Shown: positions 21,141 to 31,323 of the stretch, in pieces | How the letters are laid out: every line of letters starts with the position of its first letter | Numbering within the stretch: position 1 is the first letter of the stretch | Origin: a virus | Taxonomy: Duplodnaviria; Heunggongvirae; Uroviricota; Caudoviricetes; Demerecviridae | DNA: 49,291 bases | Virus record (IMG/VR): IMGVR_UViG_2757320985_000001 | Reading direction: 5' to 3' (one strand) | Program-made: the position numbers and the translations under genes | Notes under the pieces: model-generated | The model's input: the letters and a program-made list of their open reading frames with translations, nothing else | Databases searched by the model: none | Told to the model about the DNA's origin: nothing

Positions 21141-24100
21141 TTAAGAATTACCAAGTGATTTCAGGGTGGTTCCATTCTCATTAAGAGCCTGTTCCACGGC
21201 ATCCCTGAAAGCAGCACTGTTGCTCGAAGCAAAGTCTCGGAAGCTAGCCGCATCCATCGTACTGATGTTCAGCACAATAGGTCTACCCGATGTACCCTTT
21301 GAAGATCCTTTGAGTTCATCAGTAGGAGTAGCCTTCATCGGAACCATAGGAGTGATTACTTCGGTACCATGCTCACCCATCTGGTAACTAACTCCAGGGT
21401 ACATAGTACCACCTTCTGCACGAGGTACGAAAGAGTTAGCATTACCGATCCCTTGATCACCTCGAATATAAGAAAGTTCACCTGCGTTAGCCGACATAGA
21501 AACGTCTACGTTCTTCTGGCGCTCTCCAAGAGTTAAGTAACCAGCCGTCTCAGCACCAGAGTCCCCAATAGAAGACATACCAGATGCAGAGGATGCTTGA
21601 GCAAGAGCCATAGCACCTGCTAAACCAGCCGCAACCATCAGAGGAATAGAGAATGGGTACGGAACAGCTGTTGCTGCTTGCATCACCGCTACTGCCGTCT
21701 GGATAATGATTTGCTTCTTAGCTGCATCTTGCTGGATCTTGAGCTTTTCAGCCTCTAACTTCTTGATCTTAGCTTTGGATTGCTCAGATTTACCGTCACG
21801 TTTCTGTTCTGCTGCAATAGCTGCATCAATAGCACTTACCTGTTGACCAACACTATACTGAATCATTGAAGATACAGTTTGCATACCCGCCGCTACTAGA
21901 GAAGTGGTATCCAGAGATCCTTGAGAGAACTGGATCATAGCGTTAGTTAGGTTACCCATGCTTTGTGCTACAGCAGTTGCTTCGGAGTTCAGCTCAGACA
22001 GCTTAGAAATAGCCTGGTCGTAGGATGCCATTCTATTCTGCATATCTGCGAAGTTTTTATCTTCTCCAGTTAATCCAGTAGTAGGAGTATACGTAGCCCC
22101 TACAGCCGCACCTACAGAAGACTGCATTTCTGCATCGCGCTGTACTCTTAAAGCTGCGAGCTGGGCTCTAGTTTCTGCTAGCTTTTTATTATACTCTAAC
22201 TGAGCAGCAGCATTCCCTAAAGTTTTTTGCTTAAGGTCTTCGAATAGCTGGATTTGCTCCTTGATACGTTCCGCAGCTCCCATTAAAGGATTTGCGGTAA
22301 ATTTCCTTTGTTGCTCCTCTTCCCTGCCAGCAGCCATTTCCTTTTGCTGATCCTGACGGAATTTCCAGATTTCACGTTCAATTTGTGCCTGAGCACGTCT
22401 TGATTGTTCAGCTTCCTTATGCTTATCAACCTGTTTGGAGTACCATTCATACTTTTCTTTCTCGATAGTCAGTTCAAGGTTCAACTGAGCTAAACGATAT
22501 TGAGTATCTGTCATAGTACGGTTATTCAGGAGAGCAATTTCACGATCAACACCAAGAATCTTATCCGTATAATCCTTAACTTTCTTCTGAGCTTCCATAC
22601 CCTGGTTAGTGATCTTGATACGTTCTAGCTGAATCTTGGCTATCTCACCTTCGATTGCTTTGTTACCCTTGTTAGTTTCTAGGACACGCTTAAGAGCTGC
22701 TTCCTGTTCTTCTAACTGTTGGATTTCCAGACGTCTACCAGCTTCCTGTGCTTTCTCTTTGTCCTTAGTCTGGTTATACACTTCGGCAATCTTCTGCTGA
22801 ACTTCTAGCTGATTCTTAGTCTCATTACCAGTTAATTTTACATAACCAGCAAGAGCTTGTGAAGCAGTCTTCATCTCACTAAGAGTATTATACCCTAAGT
22901 TCAGGCTCTTAACATACTCATCAGCATTTTTACCAGTACCCGCGGATAGAGACTCAATAGTCTTAATCGTATCTGATAAGGATGCACTAGTTTTAGCCGC
23001 AGTATTAGTATTCTGAGCAATGTTCTGGATATCGTTAGCTAAGTCACTGGCAGTTTTCTTAGCTTGGTCATACGCTTTCTGCTGTTCTGTCAATCCTTTC
23101 AGAGTTGCAGAGTTAAAGTCATAAACCGCATCCGGGTCATTTGCATCTTTCTGTAGGTTAATTTGCTTCTGGAATTCTGTATTAGATTTGGCTGCGGCAG
23201 CACCAGCAGCTTGGTATGCCGATTTCCATGCATTAAGATTACCAGTTGAATCCTCTACTTCCTTATCAAGACGCTCTACCTGGAGAGCTAATGCAGCAGT
23301 ATCTGCAATGAATTTCTGGTTTTCTTCAGAAGATCCTATGCGAACTCCTCCTACTTCAAAACCTCCTGCAGCTAATCCTACCGGTGCACCTTGAGCAACT
23401 AAACGAATAGCCCCTGCTGTAGATGCATCTGCTTGCTGCATACGCTTATCTAGATCAGCTTTTAACTTATTACGCTTTTCTAGAGATTCTTTGTACATAT
23501 CAAGAGCTTTATTATATCCTTCCTCAGAAGCGGAAAGACTTAAAGCTACAGCACCAACGTTAGTTGGGTCAATCTGACGGTTAGTTTCTTCCTGTGCTCT
23601 AGCAGCAGAGGCCGAGATAGATGCTTGAGAAGTATAGAACACTGCGTTGATAGAATCAATTACTGGCCCTAAATACTTAGCAGCAGCCTGTTGAACCTTT
23701 CTCAGTGCAGCATCAGCATTAGCAGCAAACTGTTCCCAAGGGGTTGCACGAAGTACATCATCAAGATAGCCGAAACGTTTAGTAGATTCAGCGATTACTG
23801 CGTTAGCATATGCTTGTTGCTTCTGGAAAGTAGAGAGACTATTAACGTTATATGTAATACCTGTGTTAGCAGCATTTAACTGTTTAACGTAGTCAGCATA
23901 AGCATCATTAAGACGAATAGTAACACCAAGTTCGTCCAGAAGTTCGATTTCTTGTTTAGATACACCCTTGATTACACGGTTAAGTGCATCAGTCATATCA
24001 ACACCAAGAACAGCAGCAGCACGACGAGCTACTAGACCAAATTTATTAAGTTGTTCAGCATCAAATCCATATGCAGAAGCAGAGGATGCCTGTCTCATTG

Positions 24101-24848
24101 CTTCTTCGAAGGAAATTGCATAACCAGCAGCCTCTTGTAGGGATCTAGCTAGAGTTTGTACCGGAGTACCTGTTTGAGTACCAACAATAGTACCAAACTT
24201 CTCAAGACGGTTTAACTGATCCCCCATCTTAAGTTGTTCGAAGGCAGATTGTAGAACGAACACGTTAGATGCGATAGCAGCATACATAAGAGGCAAACTA
24301 CCGCCCACTTTAGCCATAGCTGCGAAATCACGAGTAGCACCACGTGCTGAACCAGAAGTATTACCAATTGCACGACTAGCACGTCCTGCTGCAGTAGTCG
24401 TATCATTAAAGCCCCTAGCAGTATTACCTAGTGCTCGGTTAGTATCATATAATCTATCTTGAACTTTTTCAGTTGCAGCAGCTACATCGTTACCCATCGC
24501 CTTAACAGATTTACCAACATGTGTAAATCCAGACTCTAGCTTATCGGATACCTCAATCATAGCAATAGCAAGGTCATCTAACTTAGCACCAATACTATCC
24601 ATAGATTTGGTGATACCCATCATACCTCTGCTAGCCTGCATTTTTGTTAGACTTTTAGCTGCTCTATCCGCCGCCCTCTCAATGGAGTAAAGAGTTTTGG
24701 GCATTTTTCCCAACTGCTCGTTAGTCAGTTCGGAAGCGGCAGCAGCATTTTCTAACGCATCGGAAACGTTCTCAATAGATTTTGCAGTACGGGTTGCCCC
24801 TTTCTGCTTTACATCTATAAGTAGTTCTCGTATTAGCTTATCAGTCAT
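21141..24848 (-). CDS. D18-19: Tape measure protein pb2
   Basis: 1235 aa, Ala/Gln-rich helical, with hydrophobic segments; follows the chaperone genes. Confidence 0.92.
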   Translation of the reverse strand: MTDKLIRELLIDVKQKGATRTAKSIENVSDALENAAAASELTNEQLGKMPKTLYSIERAADRAAKSLTKMQASRGMMGITKSMDSIGAKLDDLAIAMIEVSDKLESGFTHVGKSVKAMGNDVAAATEKVQDRLYDTNRALGNTARGFNDTTTAAGRASRAIGNTSGSARGATRDFAAMAKVGGSLPLMYAAIASNVFVLQSAFEQLKMGDQLNRLEKFGTIVGTQTGTPVQTLARSLQEAAGYAISFEEAMRQASSASAYGFDAEQLNKFGLVARRAAAVLGVDMTDALNRVIKGVSKQEIELLDELGVTIRLNDAYADYVKQLNAANTGITYNVNSLSTFQKQQAYANAVIAESTKRFGYLDDVLRATPWEQFAANADAALRKVQQAAAKYLGPVIDSINAVFYTSQASISASAARAQEETNRQIDPTNVGAVALSLSASEEGYNKALDMYKESLEKRNKLKADLDKRMQQADASTAGAIRLVAQGAPVGLAAGGFEVGGVRIGSSEENQKFIADTAALALQVERLDKEVEDSTGNLNAWKSAYQAAGAAAAKSNTEFQKQINLQKDANDPDAVYDFNSATLKGLTEQQKAYDQAKKTASDLANDIQNIAQNTNTAAKTSASLSDTIKTIESLSAGTGKNADEYVKSLNLGYNTLSEMKTASQALAGYVKLTGNETKNQLEVQQKIAEVYNQTKDKEKAQEAGRRLEIQQLEEQEAALKRVLETNKGNKAIEGEIAKIQLERIKITNQGMEAQKKVKDYTDKILGVDREIALLNNRTMTDTQYRLAQLNLELTIEKEKYEWYSKQVDKHKEAEQSRRAQAQIEREIWKFRQDQQKEMAAGREEEQQRKFTANPLMGAAERIKEQIQLFEDLKQKTLGNAAAQLEYNKKLAETRAQLAALRVQRDAEMQSSVGAAVGATYTPTTGLTGEDKNFADMQNRMASYDQAISKLSELNSEATAVAQSMGNLTNAMIQFSQGSLDTTSLVAAGMQTVSSMIQYSVGQQVSAIDAAIAAEQKRDGKSEQSKAKIKKLEAEKLKIQQDAAKKQIIIQTAVAVMQAATAVPYPFSIPLMVAAGLAGAMALAQASSASGMSSIGDSGAETAGYLTLGERQKNVDVSMSANAGELSYIRGDQGIGNANSFVPRAEGGTMYPGVSYQMGEHGTEVITPMVPMKATPTDELKGSSKGTSGRPIVLNISTMDAASFRDFASSNSAAFRDAVEQALNENGTTLKSLGNS

Positions 24849-24862
24849 TTATTTTTCCCAAT

Positions 24863-24893
24863 AAAAAAGGCTCTGGGCAAATCACCCAGAGCC
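24863..24893 (-). terminator. Terminator/attenuator between the tail chaperones and pb2
   Basis: Minus strand GGCTCTGGG-TGATTTG-CCCAGAGCC followed by TTTTTT. Confidence 0.75.
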
Positions 24894-24929
24894 AAGCCTC
24901 ATCGTGGAACGCCCATTGGAGGAAACTTT

Positions 24930-25298
24930 TTACTGAGCTCGAGATCTAGCATGTGGCTTAATGTTCGGGGTACGACCATTAGGTTTACTATGCTTCTCGG
25001 CTCTCTTACGAGCTGCATCTACAGCTTTCGAATCAAATATATTGATGATGTGTAGAACAAACTCTTTCTCTATAGGATCAGTAATCCCATAGATATCAAA
25101 TAAAACACCTAATGCACTTTTGTCTTTTCCTATAAAGATAGGAAAGTCACCTGGTATGAAACAGTCAATAAGACTGTTATAAATATTCATACTAGTAGAT
25201 ACAATAGGTGGAAAATCTTCGAGTTCAACAGGCATTGCCTTAGGATCAGGTTCAATACCTAGAGACTCACAAAGCATTAAATATTGTTGTTTTGTCAT
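24930..25298 (-). CDS. Tail assembly chaperone, downstream ORF (probably the C-terminal part of a frameshift fusion)
   Basis: Lies between the upstream chaperone and the tape measure gene; no Shine-Dalgarno sequence before its ATG; its frame stays open back into the preceding gene. Confidence 0.75.
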   Translation of the reverse strand: MTKQQYLMLCESLGIEPDPKAMPVELEDFPPIVSTSMNIYNSLIDCFIPGDFPIFIGKDKSALGVLFDIYGITDPIEKEFVLHIINIFDSKAVDAARKRAEKHSKPNGRTPNIKPHARSRAQ

Positions 25299-25359
25299 TT
25301 TAGATGCTGAGGATTTAATGCATTTATCTGCAAAATCGGCAACAGCATCTAGTAACTGC

Positions 25360-25764
25360 TTACGCTTTTGAGCTACGAAAAGTGTCTAAGTGGAACACTG
25401 TCTGGTTGATCCAAGAATCAAACGCAGCAGAGTTCTGCATAAGCATGATAGCGTTATCGCGACTAAATGGAACTTCAGTAGTAGGATCAGCCTCAGTTTC
25501 GATAAGCATCAGCTTCTCAACATCTCCAATCGTCAAGCCAGTCCAGCCAGCAATTGCAGTATCAACGAAAGCTTCAATAAACTTATCATCATCCTGAACC
25601 TGAATCATAGTACCGTTAACCCACTCGTCACGCTTAGCGGAAGAGATAACACGCTTAGATGCAGCACGAGACATGTAGTTCAGTTGTAGCTTGAAGTTAG
25701 GCATACCTGGGTAAGCCAGCTCAATAGTACGAGTTTCAAGGGTAATATCTTTTAAATTGATCAT
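25360..25764 (-). CDS. Tail assembly chaperone (lambda G-like position)
   Basis: 134 aa, canonical position between tail tube genes and tape measure. Confidence 0.82.
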   Translation of the reverse strand: MINLKDITLETRTIELAYPGMPNFKLQLNYMSRAASKRVISSAKRDEWVNGTMIQVQDDDKFIEAFVDTAIAGWTGLTIGDVEKLMLIETEADPTTEVPFSRDNAIMLMQNSAAFDSWINQTVFHLDTFRSSKA

Positions 25765-26660
25765 TTCTTTATTTCTCCAAAGAAGTCGATTCTTACCGGA
25801 TCAGAGTCTGCAGTAGGGATTACATCCCATTCAACTCTGTATATATCCGAGAATTGTAGGCGTTTTGTTATACGTGCTGAAGGAAAATCAATCGAAATAT
25901 GTTCATTTCGGATGGTTAATGGTATGTCAGTTTCGGGTTCAATATTATAAAACATATCACCAGCAAATCGCTTGGTGTAGTAAAATGCAATTGTTGCCGA
26001 AGCATTCATCTCATTAACATAAGCTCTCTTATTATTATATATTTTGTTTATGTCAAATACGCTTTTATCTTCTCTCCAAGAACATTGTTGCTGGAATGAC
26101 ATAGAAGCGGATAAAAGAGCCGGTAAAACGTTACTGTTAGTAGATACTCTAGGAGGACTATATGACATAACTTCACCCTGAACAATAGAACCAGCAGGAG
26201 TAAAAGTAGACACCTCAGAGAACTTACCAGATTCAATTCCTACGTTTAGAATAGGAACGCTTTTATCTAGAGAAAAGTCTACAGTAGATACGTAGCAATT
26301 CTCAAAGTACACACAGTTATTATCTTTATTAACTATGTATATATTGAACATTGTTGGCTCAATATTTGTACCATAAAGTGGTAGTAAGAATGTGTTACCC
26401 TCTCGGTCAAAGCCCATCCATTCAAAGAAGTTAGCTTCAGTAAGGGTATTACTAAAATTTATAGCCAGCGATATTGAAGATGGAGTTTGTGCATTAATAA
26501 TAGAGTCAGCATAGTTGGTTCTACGATGGATAGTCCTACGAAGAGTTTTAAATTCCTCATAGGACGTATTGATATCGTAATTTGACAGGGCATCAAAATG
26601 ATAAGCCCTGCCATCATACTCAACTATAACTTTTGACTCCCTCATTAGAGAGTAGTACAT
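25761..26660 (-). CDS. Baseplate tube / minor tail protein (T5 p140-like)
   Basis: 299 aa directly after the major tail protein; T5 synteny. Confidence 0.8.
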   Translation of the reverse strand: MYYSLMRESKVIVEYDGRAYHFDALSNYDINTSYEEFKTLRRTIHRRTNYADSIINAQTPSSISLAINFSNTLTEANFFEWMGFDREGNTFLLPLYGTNIEPTMFNIYIVNKDNNCVYFENCYVSTVDFSLDKSVPILNVGIESGKFSEVSTFTPAGSIVQGEVMSYSPPRVSTNSNVLPALLSASMSFQQQCSWREDKSVFDINKIYNNKRAYVNEMNASATIAFYYTKRFAGDMFYNIEPETDIPLTIRNEHISIDFPSARITKRLQFSDIYRVEWDVIPTADSDPVRIDFFGEIKK

Positions 26661-26664
26661 TTAA

Positions 26665-28074
26665 TTAGCCACCAGAAGCAGTAACTGTAATGCTCTTAGT
26701 ACCTTCTACACCAGAACCATCTTTAGCTACGGCTTTCACAGTAACTGCACCAGTCTTAGAAGCATCAGCGGTCAGTAAACCAGAAGTTGCATCAATAGTA
26801 GCAGCAGTACCGGAGGAAATAGACCAAGTTACTTCCTTATTAGTAGCTTCAGCAGGCAAAACATCTACAGTCATCTGAAGAGTTGCACTATTATCAACGG
26901 AAGCTGCATCACCCGCGGATTTAACAGTAATACCTGTTACCTTAACCGGAGCTGCTTTACCACCGTCACCAGTTGCAATCAGATTTGCAATAGTAGTTTT
27001 GGTGTACTTATTAGAGAAACCAAGATAACCTTCATCACCAGTATCCAGATCAGTAGGAATTGCTTTGAACTCTACAGAAGTACCAAGTACATCGTCAGTC
27101 TCAATAGTTGGGATGTTAACGTGAGCTTGCTTAGCAACTAGAACAGCGGCTGGGCGCTCATCATCATATTCACCGCCAAGTACTAGAGCGATTTCGAAAC
27201 GGTTAACTACCTTCAGGGTCTTAATCAGATCTTTATACAGATCCATAGAACCTAGAGCTTTATCGTTAAGATAAGCGGTCAGAGAACCAGTTAATTCGAA
27301 TGCACCAGTAAATGAACCGATTGGGATGTTAACACGGGACATGACGTTAGGAGTCAGATATGTGATGTTGTTGTTAATTGTAAAGCTACCACCAGTGATC
27401 GGAATGTCATATGCCTTACCAGTATCCATATCCTTAATTTTGAGGATAGTCAGTTTGTTCTTGATGTAAGAACCCTGGATAGTCATGTAAGTTTCATCAT
27501 CAATACCCACAGTATCAGGATCAAAGGGAGCAGCGTCCAGAGGGATCAGCTGGTTACCATTACCTGACCAAGTTACACGACCGATATCTTCGATATCAAC
27601 GTTTACTTCAGCCTGGTTGATCTGACAGGAATCGATGTAGCTCCATGCTTTATCAGTAAGGATGTAAATATGTAGCATTGCCAGCTCGTGGTATGCGTTA
27701 TCCTTAAAGTTAACCATGAAGTTAGTTTCGTTAGTGTGAGCACCTGTATCACCATCTAGGTTGATAGGCTTACCACTAGAAAGAGCATGCCACAGCATGT
27801 AGTCCGGAACGATCTGCTTACTAGTAGTCTTATCTAAGTAAGGCAGGATGTAAGTAGAGAAACTCCACTCAGCTGCGTTCAGGGAGTCGTTGAAACGTTT
27901 TGAACCACGAGTTGGACGCGGACCAGCTTCGTTAACAGTAATATCGGTTGAGTTACTGTCCTGACCCCAAGAAATATCATCTTGAACTAGAATCTCTTGC
28001 GTGTTGGTCTTATCGTGACCAGTCTTAACCGTAGACACGAAGATTCGAGTATTACGTAATAGTTGTAAAGACAT
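26665..28074 (-). CDS. N4: Major tail tube protein pb6 with C-terminal Ig-like domain
   Basis: 469 aa starting MSLQLLRNTRIFVSTV; C-terminal Big_2-like segment (VTGITV…TNKEVTWS…VTVKA). Confidence 0.93.
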   Translation of the reverse strand: MSLQLLRNTRIFVSTVKTGHDKTNTQEILVQDDISWGQDSNSTDITVNEAGPRPTRGSKRFNDSLNAAEWSFSTYILPYLDKTTSKQIVPDYMLWHALSSGKPINLDGDTGAHTNETNFMVNFKDNAYHELAMLHIYILTDKAWSYIDSCQINQAEVNVDIEDIGRVTWSGNGNQLIPLDAAPFDPDTVGIDDETYMTIQGSYIKNKLTILKIKDMDTGKAYDIPITGGSFTINNNITYLTPNVMSRVNIPIGSFTGAFELTGSLTAYLNDKALGSMDLYKDLIKTLKVVNRFEIALVLGGEYDDERPAAVLVAKQAHVNIPTIETDDVLGTSVEFKAIPTDLDTGDEGYLGFSNKYTKTTIANLIATGDGGKAAPVKVTGITVKSAGDAASVDNSATLQMTVDVLPAEATNKEVTWSISSGTAATIDATSGLLTADASKTGAVTVKAVAKDGSGVEGTKSITVTASGG

Positions 28075-28100
28075 TTATTTATATTCTCCTAATCTGTAAC

Positions 28101-28586
28101 TTATCTGCGAAGTGCCCTACGAGGTGGCTGATACCTCACTGTTACATTTATTTCCGCTAAACCATATGGGGCCAGTAGACCCTCATCTGTAGCTACTGAG
28201 GTGATGCTCATATCAGTTGCCTCACATGGGAAGGTCGATCCATTAGGTTTACTAACAGTATATTCTAAATTTCCACCTGTGTCAATGACGGTTTTTATGT
28301 CAGCTACGAGTTTTTCAAGTTGCTCTTGAATATCTGTTTTCTCTTTGTCATACACGAGGATTGGAAGTTCTAAAAACATCCACTGTTGGCCTGAGGGAAG
28401 ATACTGCCCAGTTTCAGTTCCGATATGGACTGCCACATAAGGAAATTCTCGGATTTCCTCGAATTTATAAGTTTGACGAGAAACGTTTCCATAAAGGTTA
28501 TTGAAATACTCGTCAGGTTGTGAACCATCCATTTGTGTGGCGATTCGGTCAACCACTGCTTGTGCAATACTTGTTCTGTGATCCAT
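28101..28586 (-). CDS. Tail terminator protein (T5 p142-like)
   Basis: 161 aa, synteny. Confidence 0.78.
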   Translation of the reverse strand: MDHRTSIAQAVVDRIATQMDGSQPDEYFNNLYGNVSRQTYKFEEIREFPYVAVHIGTETGQYLPSGQQWMFLELPILVYDKEKTDIQEQLEKLVADIKTVIDTGGNLEYTVSKPNGSTFPCEATDMSITSVATDEGLLAPYGLAEINVTVRYQPPRRALRR

Positions 28587-28589
28587 TTA

Positions 28590-29357
28590 TTAGGTTCCTT
28601 GATTAACCTTGATTTTATATCTAGAGTGAATCAGGTCTCTTGCAGCTTTTGCGATTGCTTCCCCAATAAGTTTTTGAGGGTTTCGAGCGCCAGGGTAAGG
28701 TCGTAGAGAAAGTCTTCGATATGTAGAAACTGCGGGGTTGAACACAGAGTAAGGACGAACCATATAGTTATACGTCACATTCAGCTCTGGAGCACCTTTA
28801 CTAGTTTCTGCATCACGTAACATAACATCTTTAATCTTTAAGGAGTTAGCAAAGCGACCAGTTCTGAACTTCAATGGTGCCCCTGCTTTTTTCATATCCT
28901 TGATTAAATATTCCTTAGCTACTATCTCAAGAATAGCACGCATGTTACTATTTGATACGAAACGACCGGAAGCACCTGTTACTGCACCTGAATAGCCATC
29001 TTCAGTATCTCTAGGATCTCCAAAGTTTACCTGAACTCTACCGGTAGAACGTTTTTTACCAACAGCAGAACGTTTACCTGCGGTTGCTTGAATTAAATTC
29101 TCTAGAGCGCCTAAATCACCAGAAAGATCTAAGTTAGAAGAAACAGCCTTCAGTATAGATGCTGTCCTAACATTTAATAAGTCTTGTGATACTGGTTTTG
29201 AGAATTTGAAAGATACCTGTGCAACTGTGCCATCTCTTGTAGGATCCTTCAAACCAGTCTCAACTGTATATACAACAGTATTCTTATTATTCTCAGATCG
29301 TCCTGCAGTATCTAGCTGCTCTTTAATAATTTGTCTAGCTAGATCAGAAAGAGCCAT
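28590..29357 (-). CDS. Tail completion protein (T5 p143-like)
   Basis: 255 aa, synteny. Confidence 0.78.
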   Translation of the reverse strand: MALSDLARQIIKEQLDTAGRSENNKNTVVYTVETGLKDPTRDGTVAQVSFKFSKPVSQDLLNVRTASILKAVSSNLDLSGDLGALENLIQATAGKRSAVGKKRSTGRVQVNFGDPRDTEDGYSGAVTGASGRFVSNSNMRAILEIVAKEYLIKDMKKAGAPLKFRTGRFANSLKIKDVMLRDAETSKGAPELNVTYNYMVRPYSVFNPAVSTYRRLSLRPYPGARNPQKLIGEAIAKAARDLIHSRYKIKVNQGT

Positions 29358-29869
29358 TACACTCTCCTATAGACTTCGATGATTGTACGAATATGTTCTG
29401 GAATACCAGACTTAGTATTGTTAAACGTAACTGTCTCACCACCAATAGTCTTGGCTTGACGATAATCTTGCTTATGCCAGTGATCTACTAACAGACATGC
29501 TGCCAGTTTAAGATCTTCAGGCATTGGATTGAAACCACCTTGAGTATACTCTACATCCATATATCCTTCAGGAGGATTAAACTTAAGGAGAATAACACCA
29601 TCAGGATACAGTTTAAACTGTTCCGGATCTATTTCATTCTCGTTAATAGTCATCTTTGTAATAGATGTGGCTGAAGGAGAACTCAGGAAATATTTCCTAC
29701 GGCTAGGTTTTGTGGTAATTAATTGATCTACCGCATCTGCATCATCCATACCTAGAAGGCTTGTAATCAGCGTATTGGCAGCTTTAATCATCATCTCAAC
29801 CTGAGTTTCCATATCAGGACGTTTTAAATTCCCATATAGTTTATAATCTTCAACAGTGATGATTTGCAT
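29357..29869 (-). CDS. Head completion / head-tail connector protein (T5 p144-like)
   Basis: 170 aa after the capsid gene; PEDLKLAACLLVDHW motif typical of head-tail connectors. Confidence 0.8.
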   Translation of the reverse strand: MQIITVEDYKLYGNLKRPDMETQVEMMIKAANTLITSLLGMDDADAVDQLITTKPSRRKYFLSSPSATSITKMTINENEIDPEQFKLYPDGVILLKFNPPEGYMDVEYTQGGFNPMPEDLKLAACLLVDHWHKQDYRQAKTIGGETVTFNNTKSGIPEHIRTIIEVYRRV

Positions 29870-29883
29870 TTATTTTTCCCAAT

Positions 29884-29910
29884 AAAAAAAGGAGAGCCGA
29901 AGCTCTCCTT
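29884..29910 (-). terminator. Terminator after the major capsid gene
   Basis: Minus strand AAGGAGAGC-TTCG-GCTCTCC followed by T7. Confidence 0.9.
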
Positions 29911-29929
29911 ATCGGCTGAAAAGCCTGTA

Positions 29930-31306
29930 TTAAGATGCAGCGTAAGCACCAGATACAACGCCGTTTTCGAAGTAACGTTGCAGGTTAACACGCTGGGTAA
30001 CGTAGTATGCATCACGCTGTTTGCCAGCTTGGCGCTCACGTTCAACAGTAACGGCACGCTGACGCGGCATTACGAAGTTATCTTTATAAACAATAACTGC
30101 GAATTCAGCGGAAGCAGCTTTAGCTGGGAAGTACTCAGAAACTACAACCGGCAGACCGTAAATACGACCAACCTGACCCTGCAGTTTAACAGCATCGTTA
30201 CCAACCTGGGCAACATCCTGCCATTCTTCATCTTCCAGCAGATCGTAGTAAGCATCCATAGATACGATCAGTACCAGTTTGCTCAGTTTCAGACCGTGAC
30301 GGCCCAGTTTACGACGCAGCTTGGAGATAGTCTTAGCAGTTACCAGAACAGAACCGTCAGCTTTAGCTTCGGTAACAACCTTAGCACCATCATCAGCAGC
30401 CAGTTTCAGCAGACCCTTAGGCTGACCAGTACCATTACCGGACATGAAAGCTTCTTCGATAGAAACAGCGTGTGCTTCGATCAGACGCTTACGCAGCAGA
30501 GGCAGCAGGGAGAAGATTGCATCTTCTTCAGTTTCATCAGTGATGAAGGATTTAGCAGCCAGCTTGTAAGTTTTGAAGCTGATTTCAGTCAGTTGACCTT
30601 TAACTTCGTCACCAACAGTTTCGTCAGTACCGAATTTGGAAGCATCTACCCAAGTAGCACGACCAGCTTCTGGTTCAACGAGCATAGTAAGGATTTTGCT
30701 GGACATTGGCAGTTCATCGAACAGTGCACCAACTACCAGTTCCTTCTGCAGGTCACGGATAATACGGGTAGAGAAGATAGTTTCGTATGCTTCGCTAGAC
30801 ATGGAAACGGAAGAAGAACCGTTAACAGCTTTAACGTGAGCCTTACCATGTTCAGTTTCGAATACGTCTTTCTCCATCATATAAGACAGAAGAACCAGTT
30901 TCTCAACTTCATCTTCGAAAGCATCCTGAGTGCCATAAAGAGCTTTAGCTACGCTATCACCAACGAAGGAACGACCTTCACGAGCTGCCAACAGAGACTT
31001 GATTTCGTCCTGAAGACCAACGATGGTTTCCTGTTGCTTTTCTACAGTCTGTGCAAACAGTTCTGCGCTCTTCTTAGACTTCTCATCCAGGTTCTTAACC
31101 AGATCCAGAGCTTCTTCCAGACGCTTACGGTCTTCACCAACAGCTTTAGATACTAGGTCGTTCATACGAGCCAGTTCTTTTTCTTCCTGCTCTTCACGCA
31201 GACGCTTAGCTTCCGCAGCTTTCTGAGCAGCAGTCAGACCTTCCAGAGATTTAGCCAGATCACCCAGACCAAGTTCTTCCTTCAGCTTATTAATATCAAT
31301 AGTCAT
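29930..31306 (-). CDS. D20-21: Major capsid protein pb8 (HK97 fold, N-terminal coiled-coil scaffold domain)
   Basis: 458 aa; coiled-coil N-terminus, then HK97-type capsid sequence; strong codon bias. Confidence 0.96.
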   Translation of the reverse strand: MTIDINKLKEELGLGDLAKSLEGLTAAQKAAEAKRLREEQEEKELARMNDLVSKAVGEDRKRLEEALDLVKNLDEKSKKSAELFAQTVEKQQETIVGLQDEIKSLLAAREGRSFVGDSVAKALYGTQDAFEDEVEKLVLLSYMMEKDVFETEHGKAHVKAVNGSSSVSMSSEAYETIFSTRIIRDLQKELVVGALFDELPMSSKILTMLVEPEAGRATWVDASKFGTDETVGDEVKGQLTEISFKTYKLAAKSFITDETEEDAIFSLLPLLRKRLIEAHAVSIEEAFMSGNGTGQPKGLLKLAADDGAKVVTEAKADGSVLVTAKTISKLRRKLGRHGLKLSKLVLIVSMDAYYDLLEDEEWQDVAQVGNDAVKLQGQVGRIYGLPVVVSEYFPAKAASAEFAVIVYKDNFVMPRQRAVTVERERQAGKQRDAYYVTQRVNLQRYFENGVVSGAYAAS

Positions 31307-31323
31307 TTTTAAATAATTCTCCG

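Noticed and set aside
29316-29330. TGCTCTTTAATAATT boxA-like match in the tail completion gene
   Set aside because: It is on the non-transcribed strand inside coding sequence (IIKEQ codons). It shows that single chance matches occur, which is why the context matters for the 44.1-44.5 kb copies.
29864-31156. 430-aa plus-strand ORF antisense to the major capsid gene
   Set aside because: It is codon-aligned with the capsid gene (offset 66 nt). The capsid gene's codon bias avoids TTA/CTA/TCA, which removes antisense stops. No RBS and no protein-like features.
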